Assembly: GCA_000999715.1 (NCBI GenBank)
Contig: LCGL01000001.1
Coordinates: 195,139 to 259,138 of the forward strand
Source of the DNA: Candidatus Falkowbacteria bacterium GW2011_GWF2_43_32
GTDB lineage: Bacteria; Patescibacteriota; Patescibacteriia; Patescibacteriales; UBA12465
Reading direction: 5' to 3'
DNA length: 64,000 nucleotides
Of this stretch, positions 18,316 to 28,370 are shown one piece after another. Numbering within the stretch: position 1 is the first letter of the stretch; each line of letters opens with the position of its first letter. Under the pieces are notes generated by a model. The model was not told where the DNA came from, searched no databases, and was given only the letters and a program-made list of their open reading frames with translations. The translations under genes and the position numbers were made by a program.

Positions 18316-19486
18316 TAAAAAACAAATCCTGGAAGGATCGCGAGCCATTGCGTTGGCGATAAAAAATATCTCTCCGGCGGTAATTTCCGCTTATCCGATT
18401 ACGCCGCAAACGCATATCGTGGAAGATTTGGCGAAATTCAAAGCCGACGGCGAAGCGAACTACGAATACCGACGAGCCGAAAGCGAATTCGCCGCCGCTT
18501 CCATCGTGCTGGGCGCCAGTGCGACCGGCGCGCGCGTGTACAGCGCCACCAGCTCGCAGGGATTATTGCTGATGACCGAAGTCGTTTATAATATCGCCGG
18601 CCTGCGCTTGCCGGTAGTGATGACCTGCGCCAACCGAGCCGTCTCCGGGCCGATTAATATTTGGAACGACCACAGCGATGTCATGAGCATCCGCGATGCC
18701 GGCTGGATTCAACTTTTTGCCGCCGATCATCAAGAAGCGGTCAATCAGCACATTTTAGCTTATAAATTGGCGGAAAAATTGAAACTGCCGGTCATGGTCA
18801 ACGTGGACGGCTTCATCTTGACTCATTCTTACGAACCGGTGTTGATTCCGACCGGACAAAAGATAAAAAAATATCTGCCTACTTATCGTCCGTCCGACGG
18901 CACATACCTCAACCCCAAAAATCCCGTCACGCTCGGCGCTTTTTTTACGCCCGACGATTACCTGGAAACTCGTGAAGCCTTGCATAACGATTTGCGAAAC
19001 AGTTTAGAAACAATCAAAAAAGAATATCAAGTTTTCCAACGCGCTTTCCGGGCGGAAAGCGCCAACGATCGCAATCATAAAAACGACAACGGCCTTTGGA
19101 CATATTACGGACCGGCTAAACCGAAAACCCTTCTGATAGCCATGGGTTCGGCGGTCGGCACCCTGCGCGAAGCAATCAAGAGCAATCCGACAGTCGGCGT
19201 GTTGAAAATAAAAGTCTATCGCCCCTTCCCCGCCGCAGAAATCGCCACCGTCATGGCCCGAGCCAAAAATATCGCCGTCATTGAAAAAGCCGTCAGCCTC
19301 GGCCAAGCCGGACCGCTGTATTCCGACATCAAAGCCGGGTTAAAACCGACCGCCATCAAAAATTTAAATATAAAAAACTACATCGTCGGATTGGGCGGCC
19401 GGGATTTCACGCAAAAAATGATTGCCGCGATTATCCGGGATTTGCCGCGTAAAAATGAAATTATAAAATTTATCGGGAAAATATGA
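18308..19486 (+). CDS. porA: Pyruvate:ferredoxin oxidoreductase, alpha subunit
   Basis: 392 aa. Contains EGSRAIALA...AYPITPQT...ESEFAAAS...SSQGLLLM. It overlaps the porD end by 8 nt. Confidence 0.9.
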   Translation: MNNKKQILEGSRAIALAIKNISPAVISAYPITPQTHIVEDLAKFKADGEANYEYRRAESEFAAASIVLGASATGARVYSATSSQGLLLMTEVVYNIAGLRLPVVMTCANRAVSGPINIWNDHSDVMSIRDAGWIQLFAADHQEAVNQHILAYKLAEKLKLPVMVNVDGFILTHSYEPVLIPTGQKIKKYLPTYRPSDGTYLNPKNPVTLGAFFTPDDYLETREALHNDLRNSLETIKKEYQVFQRAFRAESANDRNHKNDNGLWTYYGPAKPKTLLIAMGSAVGTLREAIKSNPTVGVLKIKVYRPFPAAEIATVMARAKNIAVIEKAVSLGQAGPLYSDIKAGLKPTAIKNLNIKNYIVGLGGRDFTQKMIAAIIRDLPRKNEIIKFIGKI

Positions 19487-20277
19487 AAATTCTAAAAATT
19501 TTAAAAATCGCGTTCGTCGTCTGTTTCGCTCTGCAAGCCGGAACGGTTCTGATTTTAGCCACCACGCCGCTAGCGGCGCAAGCGGGACTTTTTACAGACC
19601 CGAAAGCAATAGATTTCCGTCCGCAAGTATCCATTCCCAACTCGATTTTCACGACCACCGGCGCGGTCAGTAGCGGCTCGGCCGACGAAGACGGCAAATT
19701 CCAAAGCAATCTGCTGGCCAATTATATTAAAGCCATCTACGATTACGGCCTGGCCATCTCCGGCATTCTGGCGGCAATCGTTTTAATGGCGGGCGGAGTT
19801 TTATGGCTCACCTCGGCCGGCAACGACACCAAAATAACTCAAGCCAAAGAATTGATTTCCGGCAGTGTCATCGGCATTATCATCTTGTCCGGCTCCTGGA
19901 TTATTTTGAATACGATTAATCCGAATTTATGGAAACTGAAAGAAATCAGTGTCACCGGTATCGCCAAGAGGACCTACTGCTGTGATCCGGATAAAGGATT
20001 GGTACCGGCCGGAGAAGATGGCACTTGTGTCCTCGGAGAAAGCTGCCCCATTGATAAAAACTGTCAACAAGTCAACACCAGTTATAAATGCGTCAAACAA
20101 GATATTGTGTGTTGCGAATATCCAGGCATACGATACAAAACTTGCTTAAACGACATAAGCCCATCAGAGTGCGATAAATGGCACCGTTCAAATACGAAAT
20201 TCTTTGGTGGCAGTGAATTTTTTACCTGCACACCACACGAAGGATGTATTGCTACCACGGTCCTTGACTGGGAGTAA
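19483..20277 (+). CDS. VirB2/TrbC-type T4SS pilin-like protein (CPR T4SS_pilin family) with a Cys-rich C-terminal extension
   Basis: 264 aa. The long signal peptide ends in AAQA. Two hydrophobic helices flank the hallmark loop: GILAAIVLMAGGVLWLTSAGNDTKITQAKELISGSVIGIIILSGSWIILNTINP. A tail of about 110 aa with 12 Cys follows (RTYCCDPDKG...VCCEYPG...TCTPHEGC). The ATG overlaps the porA stop as ATGA at 19483..19486. Confidence 0.7.
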   Translation: MKILKILKIAFVVCFALQAGTVLILATTPLAAQAGLFTDPKAIDFRPQVSIPNSIFTTTGAVSSGSADEDGKFQSNLLANYIKAIYDYGLAISGILAAIVLMAGGVLWLTSAGNDTKITQAKELISGSVIGIIILSGSWIILNTINPNLWKLKEISVTGIAKRTYCCDPDKGLVPAGEDGTCVLGESCPIDKNCQQVNTSYKCVKQDIVCCEYPGIRYKTCLNDISPSECDKWHRSNTKFFGGSEFFTCTPHEGCIATTVLDWE

Positions 20278-20331
20278 ATTATTCACCCGCACATTACGCG
20301 AAAAGTGCATAGCTAACGATAACGGCGGACA

Positions 20332-21231
20332 ATGGTAAAATTTCCAATCCCTATGACAAAAAAAATAAAAAATAATAAATTCCTCTCCCCGGGACATAAT
20401 GCCTGTGCCGGTTGCGGGCAATTGTCGGCGGCGCAAGCCGTAATGCGCGGTTTAAATAAAGATGTGATTATCGCCAATGCCACCGGCTGTTTGGAAGTCA
20501 CCACCACCGCCTATCCGCAAAGCTCTTGGGGATTGCCTTGGATTCATTCCCTGTTTGAAAACGCCGCCGCCGTCGCTTCCGGAATTTTGGCGGCCTTGGC
20601 ACAGAAAGGCGACACTAAAACCAAGGTCATCGTCCAAGCCGGAGACGGCGGTACTTACGATATCGGTCTCGGCTTAATTAGCGGTATGTGGGAACGAGGC
20701 GAAAATATCCTTTATGTTTGCTATGATACCGAAGCCTATTCCAACACCGGCATTCAAGCTTCCGGCGCCACGCCTTACGGCGCTTCCACTACGACCACTC
20801 CGGACGGAAATGCCTCCGTCGGTTCCACACAAAGAAAAAAAGATATGCTGGCCATCGCCTTGGCGCACGGCGTCAACTACGCGGCCCAAAGCACGGCCGG
20901 TTTTCCCGACGATATTACCGCTAAAGTAAAAGCCGCCTTAGCTGTGGACGGCCCGAGCTATCTGCAAATTCTTGCCCCTTGCATACCGGGTTGGAAAATC
21001 AACAATGATGAAGCGGTACTAATGGGCAAACTGGCGGTCGCCACCGGATTGTACCCTCTGTTGGAATATCGGAACGGAAAATTAAGCGCCTCCAGTATCA
21101 CGGTCGCTTCCCGGAAAGTCGCGGTCAGCGAATATTTAAAAAACCAGGGCCGTTTCCGGCACCTGAAAAATAAAGAAATAAAAATTATTCAAAAATTGGC
21201 CGACGATAATTTGAAAAAATACCGTCTCTAA
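20332..21231 (+). CDS. porB: Pyruvate:ferredoxin oxidoreductase, beta subunit (TPP-binding)
   Basis: 299 aa. Contains SPGHNACAGCG, GDGGTYDIG (TPP motif) and CYDTEAYSNTG. The start could instead be the internal Met at 20353. Confidence 0.9.
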   Translation: MVKFPIPMTKKIKNNKFLSPGHNACAGCGQLSAAQAVMRGLNKDVIIANATGCLEVTTTAYPQSSWGLPWIHSLFENAAAVASGILAALAQKGDTKTKVIVQAGDGGTYDIGLGLISGMWERGENILYVCYDTEAYSNTGIQASGATPYGASTTTTPDGNASVGSTQRKKDMLAIALAHGVNYAAQSTAGFPDDITAKVKAALAVDGPSYLQILAPCIPGWKINNDEAVLMGKLAVATGLYPLLEYRNGKLSASSITVASRKVAVSEYLKNQGRFRHLKNKEIKIIQKLADDNLKKYRL

Positions 21232-21644
21232 GCCGTCCCTTTGTCCATTGCTTCGTTCGCCAGCCGATCCGCCTCTTCGTTTCGTTCCCGCGGAATATGA
21301 GTATAAGTGATTTTTTTAAAACTCAAGGAAAGATTATGCACGATTAAAAACAGAGGCGCCAAGTCTTTGTTTTTTACTTTATACTCGCGCTTCAATTGTT
21401 TGACGACCAATTCGCTGTCCAAATAACACTCCAATTCCGCCGCCCCCAAAGAGACGGCTTTTTTTAAAGCGGCGATGAGTGCCTGATATTCGGCCTGATT
21501 ATTGGTGGCAACGCCCAAGTATTCGGAAACTTCCGCGACCAAACGGCGATCGGCGTCATAAATCACGGCCCCGATTCCGGCCGGACCGGGATTGCCGCGC
21601 GCGCCGCCGTCGGTGTAAATGACAAGTTTATTCATAGAAGACAT
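21228..21644 (-). CDS. rnhA: Ribonuclease H family protein
   Basis: 138 aa. Contains YTDGGARGNPGPAGIGAVI, NNQAEYQALI and the C-terminal EEADRLAN. Confidence 0.85.
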   Translation of the reverse strand: MSSMNKLVIYTDGGARGNPGPAGIGAVIYDADRRLVAEVSEYLGVATNNQAEYQALIAALKKAVSLGAAELECYLDSELVVKQLKREYKVKNKDLAPLFLIVHNLSLSFKKITYTHIPRERNEEADRLANEAMDKGTA

Positions 21645-21674
21645 ATGCTTTAAATATAAAATTTCCGATTTATT

Positions 21675-23432
21675 TTATTGATTACTCGCTAGCCTCATAT
21701 CCACTATCTTCAACTGCACTTCCTTCCGACCGTTAAACTCGTTAATTTCCAAATAATAAACCACGTCCACTTTGTCGCCGTCACGGAAATCTTTATATTC
21801 CGCCGCCGCCCCGAAAGCCAACGCCCAAAAAGACGACAGGCGAAATTTAATATGTTGATTGTTCAAACCCATGATGACAATCTCGCCGATTGTCAGGCCG
21901 TAAGAAACGAAACGCGGTTGAGGATTATCCTGTCCGAATGGCGCCAACGCGTTAATTTGTCCGATCAAATCCAAAGTGATTTCTTCCGGCTTTAATTCCA
22001 AGTCCACTTTTAATTTAGGAATCAAATCCGCCGGGTCCAACTGCTCGGCCGCGGATTTCAATAAGCGTTGTTTAAAATCTGCCAGATTTTTTTCGTTATT
22101 CAAAGAAAAGCCGCAAGCCATCGGATGACCGCCGTATTTATCCAATAAATCCGCAGCCGCTTCTACGGCCGCGATCAAGTTGAATTCCGGCACGGAACGT
22201 CCCGAGCCTTTGAAAGATATTTTTGGAGCCGATTCTTGTCCGGAATTTTTATCCATATCCTCTTCTTCATTCAAACGGGTAATCACCAAAGTCGGACGAT
22301 AATATTTCTCGGAAATCCGACCGGCCACCAAACCGATCACGCCTTCATTCCAGGTCCGATCAACTTCGGCCACGCCGATAATCACCAAAGGTAAATTGGC
22401 GGGGTCAATCTGTTCTTCCACGGCGGCGGTAATCTCGGCGGTAATTTTCTGTCGGGAAATATTGCGCTCATTGAGTTCCTCGGCCAAACGTCGCGCTTCT
22501 TCGGGAACGACGGTCGTCAAAAGAGCAAACGCGCTATTGGCATGCGCCAAACGACTGGCGGCATTAAGCCGCGGACCGATTTGCCAACCGATATTCCAGG
22601 CTTCCAAAGGACGATTATGATTGGCTTTGGCGATTTTAATCAGCTCCGTCAGTCCCAAGCGTCGAGATTGATTTAAAATCTGCAAACCGCGACTGACCAA
22701 CAAACGATTTTCTCCCAAGAGGCTCACCAAATCCGCCACCGTGCCCACGGCCACCAAATCCAAACACTTTTCGCCGATCAGCCGTTTTTGATTTTCCGGC
22801 AAATCCGCTTTGGCCAAAAGCGCGCTAATTAATTTAAAAGCGACACCGACACCGGCCAGATAAGGCCAGGGATAATTGTCGCGGGGATCGGCCGGATCGA
22901 TATATAAGCAGTCGGGCAGATCTTTTTCGTCTTCGGGCAAAACATGATGATCGGTAATAATCACTTCCAGACCCAGGCTTTGCGCATAAGCGACTTCCGC
23001 TTGATTGCGAATGCCGTTGTCGACGGTGATAATCAATTTAAAACCGCGAGCCGCAATCTGATCAATGGCCGTCTTATTCAAACCATAACCTTCGGAAACC
23101 CGATCCGGCAAATAAACTTCCGTTTGGCCATGCAAAATTTTTAAAGTTTCCGAAAGAATTACGGATGAGGTCACTCCGTCCGCATCATAATCGCCATAGA
23201 CCATCAACCGACTGCCTTTTTTAATATGGCTGATAATCAAATCGACCGCGGCGGCCATGTTTTTAAATAAAAACGGATCGTGGAAGGCGGTTTCTCCGCT
23301 TAAAAATTCCGCAATCGCTTTTTTTTCTTGCAAGCCGCGATTATAAAGCAACTGCAAAACGATCGGATTAATGTCCGAATAAGCCCGAGAAAATTCCGCG
23401 GGAATTTGTGGAAGCAATTGCCATTTTTTCAT
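21675..23432 (-). CDS. recJ: Single-stranded-DNA-specific exonuclease RecJ
   Basis: 585 aa. Contains the DHH motifs VYGDYDADGVTS, ITVDNG and ITDHH, plus DHHA1 GGHPMACG. Confidence 0.92.
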   Translation of the reverse strand: MKKWQLLPQIPAEFSRAYSDINPIVLQLLYNRGLQEKKAIAEFLSGETAFHDPFLFKNMAAAVDLIISHIKKGSRLMVYGDYDADGVTSSVILSETLKILHGQTEVYLPDRVSEGYGLNKTAIDQIAARGFKLIITVDNGIRNQAEVAYAQSLGLEVIITDHHVLPEDEKDLPDCLYIDPADPRDNYPWPYLAGVGVAFKLISALLAKADLPENQKRLIGEKCLDLVAVGTVADLVSLLGENRLLVSRGLQILNQSRRLGLTELIKIAKANHNRPLEAWNIGWQIGPRLNAASRLAHANSAFALLTTVVPEEARRLAEELNERNISRQKITAEITAAVEEQIDPANLPLVIIGVAEVDRTWNEGVIGLVAGRISEKYYRPTLVITRLNEEEDMDKNSGQESAPKISFKGSGRSVPEFNLIAAVEAAADLLDKYGGHPMACGFSLNNEKNLADFKQRLLKSAAEQLDPADLIPKLKVDLELKPEEITLDLIGQINALAPFGQDNPQPRFVSYGLTIGEIVIMGLNNQHIKFRLSSFWALAFGAAAEYKDFRDGDKVDVVYYLEINEFNGRKEVQLKIVDMRLASNQ

Positions 23433-23435
23433 ACT

Positions 23436-23531
23436 TTAAAAACCGAGCATGACGGTCCAGGCCACCATGGAAACAACGACGACGAAAGAAATAAGCACCC
23501 ACAGCGCTTTGATGATTTTGCGACGTTTCAT
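23436..23531 (-). CDS. Possible 31-aa single-pass membrane peptide
   Basis: Hand-found ORF MKRRKIIKALWVLISFVVVVSMVAWTVMLGF* that fills the lepA-recJ gap exactly on the same strand. It is below the track's size cutoff and has no homology evidence. Confidence 0.3.
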   Translation of the reverse strand: MKRRKIIKALWVLISFVVVVSMVAWTVMLGF

Positions 23532-23535
23532 AAGA

Positions 23536-25380
23536 TTATCTTTTTAAAATTTTTACAAACGCGTCGGCCGGAATGTCCACGCTTCCCTTGCCGGCCGCCA
23601 TCATTTTTTTCTTGCCTTTTTTCTGCTTCTCCAGCAATTTCCGTTTGCGCGTCACATCGCCGCCGTACAATTTGGCCGTAACGTCTTTACGCATCGCCGA
23701 CAATTTTTCCGAAGCGATGATCTTGGCACCGATAGCCGCTTGAATTTTGACGGCGAACATCTGTTTTTCCAAATTATCTTTCAGAATATCGACAATTTTT
23801 CTGCCCTCCCGATAAGCGTCATCGCGATAAACGATTGTGGCCAGAGCTTCAACCGGCTCTTCCGCCACCAAAATATCCAATTTCACCACATCGGCCGAAC
23901 GATAATCCAAATACTCGTAATTGATGGAAGCATAGCCGGCGGAAACTCCTTTTATCTTATCATAAAAATCGGTTAAAATCGCGGCCAAAGGAATTTCATA
24001 ATGCAATAAAACGCGACTCTCGTCACTGCCGGTGGAAATATATTCCGTATTTTTATAAATTCCTCTTTTTTCTTGAGTCAAATTGATGACATTGCCCAAA
24101 TAATTTTTCGGCGTAATAATGTCCAACTTGACCCACGGTTCTTCCAAGGAAGAAATTTGCGTCGGATCCGGCAAACGTTGCGGCGAACGCACAATAATTT
24201 CTTCGCCGTTGGATTTCAACACTTTATAAGCGACACTCGGCATGGTCACAATCAAATCCAAATTATATTCCCGCCGCAATCTTTCTTGAAAAACCTCCAA
24301 ATGCAACAATCCCAAAAAACCGCAACGAAAACCGAAGCCGAGCGCGTCCGATCTTTCCGGTTCGTAAAACAAGGCGGCATCGTTTAATTTCAATTTATCC
24401 ATGGCATCGCGCAATTCTTTAAAATCGTTGCCTTCGCGCGGAAAAATACTGGCAAAGACCATCGGCTTCACCTCTTTATAACCGGCCAAAGCCGCCGGTG
24501 CGCCCAGACCGTCCCGATCGATCGCCGTCGTGACGGTATCGCCGACGCGACAATCGCCGACGGTTTTAAAACCGGTCACCAAATAACCGATTTCGCCGGC
24601 GCGTAAAATTCCGGTGGACAAATAATCCGGCTTGAAGATGCCGCAATCCAAAATTTCGCTGGCGGCACCGGTCGCCAAAAGTTTGATTTTATCGCCTTTT
24701 TGAAAAGCGCCGTCAAAAATGCGGACATAAGCGACTACGCCGCGATAGACATCGTATTTGGAATCAAAAATCAAAGCGCGCGGCGCACTCTGCCCGGCCG
24801 AACCGACGGTGTCGTCAACGTCGCCCGCTTCTCGCGGCGGATTGCCGGCGGCGATAACGGCGTCCAAAATTTCTATCACACCGGCACCGGTTTTTCCGGA
24901 AGCGGCGATGATTTCTTCTTCGCGACAACCCAACAATTCAACAATTTCTTTTTTGGTTTTAACGATATCGGCGGCCGGCAAATCGATCTTATTGACTACC
25001 GGAATAATCGTCAAATCCTGCTCTAACGCCAAATATAAATTGGCCAAAGTTTGTGCCTGAATTCCTTGCGTACAATCCACCAACAACACCGCCGTCTCTA
25101 CGGCGGCCAAAGAACGGGAAACTTCATAAGAAAAGTCCACGTGGCCGGGCGTATCAATCAAATTCAATTGATATCCCCGATATTTCATGGTCACCGGCTG
25201 CAACTTGATGGTAATGCCCCGCTCCCGCTCAATATCCATCCCATCCAGAATCTGTTCTTTCATTTTCCGTTTTTCTACCGTGCCGGTGATTTCCAACATC
25301 CGATCGGCCAAGGTTGATTTACCATGATCAATATGCGCCAAAATGGCAAAATTTCTGATTTGATTCATTTCTTCTATCAT
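23536..25380 (-). CDS. lepA: Elongation factor 4 (translational GTPase LepA)
   Basis: 614 aa. Contains IRNFAILAHIDHGKSTLADR, DTPGHVDF and NKIDL, with a LepA-type C-terminus. Confidence 0.97.
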   Translation of the reverse strand: MIEEMNQIRNFAILAHIDHGKSTLADRMLEITGTVEKRKMKEQILDGMDIERERGITIKLQPVTMKYRGYQLNLIDTPGHVDFSYEVSRSLAAVETAVLLVDCTQGIQAQTLANLYLALEQDLTIIPVVNKIDLPAADIVKTKKEIVELLGCREEEIIAASGKTGAGVIEILDAVIAAGNPPREAGDVDDTVGSAGQSAPRALIFDSKYDVYRGVVAYVRIFDGAFQKGDKIKLLATGAASEILDCGIFKPDYLSTGILRAGEIGYLVTGFKTVGDCRVGDTVTTAIDRDGLGAPAALAGYKEVKPMVFASIFPREGNDFKELRDAMDKLKLNDAALFYEPERSDALGFGFRCGFLGLLHLEVFQERLRREYNLDLIVTMPSVAYKVLKSNGEEIIVRSPQRLPDPTQISSLEEPWVKLDIITPKNYLGNVINLTQEKRGIYKNTEYISTGSDESRVLLHYEIPLAAILTDFYDKIKGVSAGYASINYEYLDYRSADVVKLDILVAEEPVEALATIVYRDDAYREGRKIVDILKDNLEKQMFAVKIQAAIGAKIIASEKLSAMRKDVTAKLYGGDVTRKRKLLEKQKKGKKKMMAAGKGSVDIPADAFVKILKR

Positions 25381-25652
25381 GTGAATATAGCTAAAGTTAG
25401 CTTATTTTAATCAATAAATATCGGTCCCGCCTAATCGCCGTTCGCTCGAAAAAGAAAATAAATTTTCTTTTTGCCTAAACGCCCGTCGATTCGGCAATAT
25501 TAACCGCGCTCACTCGCCTGATAACAAATAAAGCGACTTTTTTCAGATCGCCTAAAGCTGATATTATTGTAATTGATTAGAGGGCGGAGGTCAAATGAAA
25601 TTTTCTCTTGTCATGCCGACGATTCCGGCCGCTCCGTTCGCTCGGCTCGTTC

Positions 25653-26672
25653 TCAGCGAACTTCTTTTTCCAAGGCTTTCAATATCTGCAAATACATTTT
25701 TTCCACTATTTTTTCCTGGGCGCGACCGGTGCGAACATAATGATCCAGGCCGGGAGCGGCGTTGATTTCAATCACCCGATATTTTTTCGGCGCGGCGGCG
25801 ATTTCGCCGTCAATCATCAAATCTACGCCGCTTAAACGCAGGCCCATGTCTTTGGTCAATTGAATCGCAATCTTTTTGAATCCCGAGTGAATTTCGTCGG
25901 TCACGTCCGCCGAATCTCCGCCGCAAGACAAATTGGCGTTATCCAATAAAAAAATTTTCTCGCCGCGCGCCGGAATTGATCGACCGGTCAGTCCTTGTTT
26001 TTTCAAATTATTCGCCAAGCGCGAGTCATCGGATTTAATGGTCGCCGGGCGCTCCAAAACATGAAATAAACGCAATTTATTTTTGATCAACTTGTCCAAA
26101 GAAGAAATGCCGTCACCAACGACGCTGAACGGCGTGCGCCGATAAGCGGAAATAACCCGACCGTCCAAAACAACCAGGCGATAATCTTGTCCCTCAATCA
26201 CCGGTTGCACCAAAGCCACTCTGTCTTCGGAAAAAATAGTTCGCAAGGCGCGATAAAATTCCTGGCGACCCCGCACCTTGGCTACGCCCCGGCCCTGACT
26301 GCCGCTATTGGGCTTAACCATTACCGGCCAACCGATGCGACCAGCGTAACGATAAGCGGCCTCGATATTTCGCGAGGACTTAATCGCCCGACTCCAGGCC
26401 GGTGAAAAAAACGCCCGACCGGGAATCGTCGGATAACCCATTTTCTTCATAAAAAAATTGGCGTAATCTTTATCTTTGGCGATTTCCGTCGCCCCCAAAG
26501 GATTAAGGTCCAAACTGGAATAACGAAAATATCTTTTCCGCCCGTTTTTAAAAATAATCTGTCCGGCAATTTGCCAGTCCGGCTCGATTACAACTTTAGC
26601 GCCGATTTGCGGCGCTAATTTTTGTAAAATTTTTCCCAACAAAGGAAGAGTTTTTTTATTTTTCATAACCAT
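25653..26672 (-). CDS. ATP-grasp ligase (RimK / cyanophycin-synthetase-like), substrate unknown
   Basis: 339 aa. Contains WPVMVKPNSGSQGRGV, DYRLVVLDGRVISAYRR, and SGVDLMIDG...VIEINAAPGL. Confidence 0.75.
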   Translation of the reverse strand: MVMKNKKTLPLLGKILQKLAPQIGAKVVIEPDWQIAGQIIFKNGRKRYFRYSSLDLNPLGATEIAKDKDYANFFMKKMGYPTIPGRAFFSPAWSRAIKSSRNIEAAYRYAGRIGWPVMVKPNSGSQGRGVAKVRGRQEFYRALRTIFSEDRVALVQPVIEGQDYRLVVLDGRVISAYRRTPFSVVGDGISSLDKLIKNKLRLFHVLERPATIKSDDSRLANNLKKQGLTGRSIPARGEKIFLLDNANLSCGGDSADVTDEIHSGFKKIAIQLTKDMGLRLSGVDLMIDGEIAAAPKKYRVIEINAAPGLDHYVRTGRAQEKIVEKMYLQILKALEKEVR

Positions 26673-26685
26673 CCCGTTTCGCGAA

Positions 26686-28347
26686 TTAAACGCCGCGCGC
26701 TTCCCCTTGATCGCCGACTCTTATCTTCCGGAATGACAAACGTTTTTTCAAGGATGACAACAATCCGAACAATTCTTCGCTCCGGAACAAATAACAGAAA
26801 CCGATATAAACGGCGACCCCGACAAGGCCGGACACCGTCAACTGAATAAAAACGCCGCTGAACTTCGTCATATCAATCACCGGCCAAATGACAATTTTCA
26901 TGATTTGCGCCGCCAAACCGGCGGCCAAAGCGCTGACCGTGAATTTCAAAACCGCCGTCGCGACTCTCTTGAAATCCAAAGAACCGACATGAACGGACAA
27001 CCAAATCCACAGTAAACAAAAATTCAAAATATTGGCGATGGAATAAGCCAAGGCCAAACCGATAACTCCCATCCGAGCGCCGAGCATCAGCGATAAAATA
27101 ATGTTGACCGCCACGGCCGCCAAGCCCAGATAAAAAGGCGTCGCGGAATTATGGCGCGCGTAAAACACTCTGACCAAAAGCGGAATAGTCGCCTGCGCGA
27201 ACAAACTGACGGCAAAGACTCCCAAGGTATTCATGGTTAAAATCGTATCTTGCCAATCAAAATTTCCGGTTCCCAAAACCACGCGAATGATTTGCGCCCG
27301 CAAAGCGATAATCAAAACCGTGGCCGGAATGACAAAAAACAAAATCTGCCGAATGGTTTGGGAAAAATTGGCCGACAACCGTTCTTTATCAAAAGCCGTT
27401 TCGGCCAAGGCCGGAAAAGCGGCGATGGCGAAAGAAATTCCGAAGATGCCGACGGGAAAAGATTGCAAATTATTGGCAAAATTAAAAACGGTCAAGGAAC
27501 CGCTGGACAAACCGGAAGCCAAAATCGTAATCACCACCAAATTAATTTGAGAAATGGCCAAACTCAAAGTCCGCGGCACCATCATCCGCCCGATCGCCCG
27601 AGTATGAAGATCGCGCCAAATGATTCGCCAACGATACCGCCAGCCCAAATGATAAACCGTCGGTATCTGAATGGCCATATGCAGAAAGGCTCCCAAAACC
27701 ACGCCCCAAGCCAAACCGGCGATTCCCTGCCGTTCCACAAAATACAAAGCGCCGACGATAATACCCAAATTATAAAAAAGCGGCGCGAAAGAATAAATTA
27801 AAAATCTTTTGAACGACTGCAAAACGCCGCCCAAAATACCGGAGATGCCCAGAAAGAGCGGCGATAAAAACATAATTCGCGTCAACGTCGCCGTCGTGGC
27901 CTGATCCGCCGCGCTGAACCCGGGCGTAATCAGGCGCGTCAACAACGGCGCGGCGATAATGCCGACCAAAGACAAGGCGGCCAAAATAAGCAATAAAATA
28001 TTCAAAACATTGTTGGCCAAACTCCAAGCTTCTTCATTTTGAGCCTGACGAACAGCCTGACCATCGCCACCAAGCGATTCCGGTCGGCGATTTTTAATCA
28101 ATTTGGTGAAAATCGGAATAAAGCCGGCCGATAAAGCTCCCAAAACAACCAAATTAAAAATCAAATCCGGCACCCGGAAAGCGGCGTAATAAATATCCAA
28201 AGTCGTTCCGGCGCCGAATTGACCGGCTAAAATACGATCGCGAATTATACCCAATAAGCGCGAAACCAAAGACGACAAGGCAATCAGCGTAGCCGCAATG
28301 GTGATGCTGTTGGTCGGTCTTTTGAAAATTTCCCTGAATTTAAACAT
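26686..28347 (-). CDS. murJ: Lipid II flippase MurJ (MviN)
   Basis: Polytopic membrane protein. The start was moved to the internal Met (MFKFREIFKRPTNSI...SRLLGIIRDRILAGQFGAG), which is typical of MurJ. The track's 33-codon extension to 28446 overlaps the upstream gene. Confidence 0.88.
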   Translation of the reverse strand: MFKFREIFKRPTNSITIAATLIALSSLVSRLLGIIRDRILAGQFGAGTTLDIYYAAFRVPDLIFNLVVLGALSAGFIPIFTKLIKNRRPESLGGDGQAVRQAQNEEAWSLANNVLNILLLILAALSLVGIIAAPLLTRLITPGFSAADQATTATLTRIMFLSPLFLGISGILGGVLQSFKRFLIYSFAPLFYNLGIIVGALYFVERQGIAGLAWGVVLGAFLHMAIQIPTVYHLGWRYRWRIIWRDLHTRAIGRMMVPRTLSLAISQINLVVITILASGLSSGSLTVFNFANNLQSFPVGIFGISFAIAAFPALAETAFDKERLSANFSQTIRQILFFVIPATVLIIALRAQIIRVVLGTGNFDWQDTILTMNTLGVFAVSLFAQATIPLLVRVFYARHNSATPFYLGLAAVAVNIILSLMLGARMGVIGLALAYSIANILNFCLLWIWLSVHVGSLDFKRVATAVLKFTVSALAAGLAAQIMKIVIWPVIDMTKFSGVFIQLTVSGLVGVAVYIGFCYLFRSEELFGLLSSLKKRLSFRKIRVGDQGEARGV

Positions 28348-28370
28348 ATGACATAAAAATATTATCCTCG

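Noticed and set aside
25595-25765. A 56-codon plus-strand ORF with a good SD (GGAGG 5 nt upstream), plus an 11-nt repeat CCGTTCGCTCG (25438 and 25634) in and near the 272-nt lepA / ATP-grasp intergenic region.
   Set aside because: About two thirds of the ORF is antisense to the ATP-grasp gene 3' end, and its product has no features. A single 11-mer duplication is weak evidence. I saw no convincing RNA fold or known motif in the spacer.
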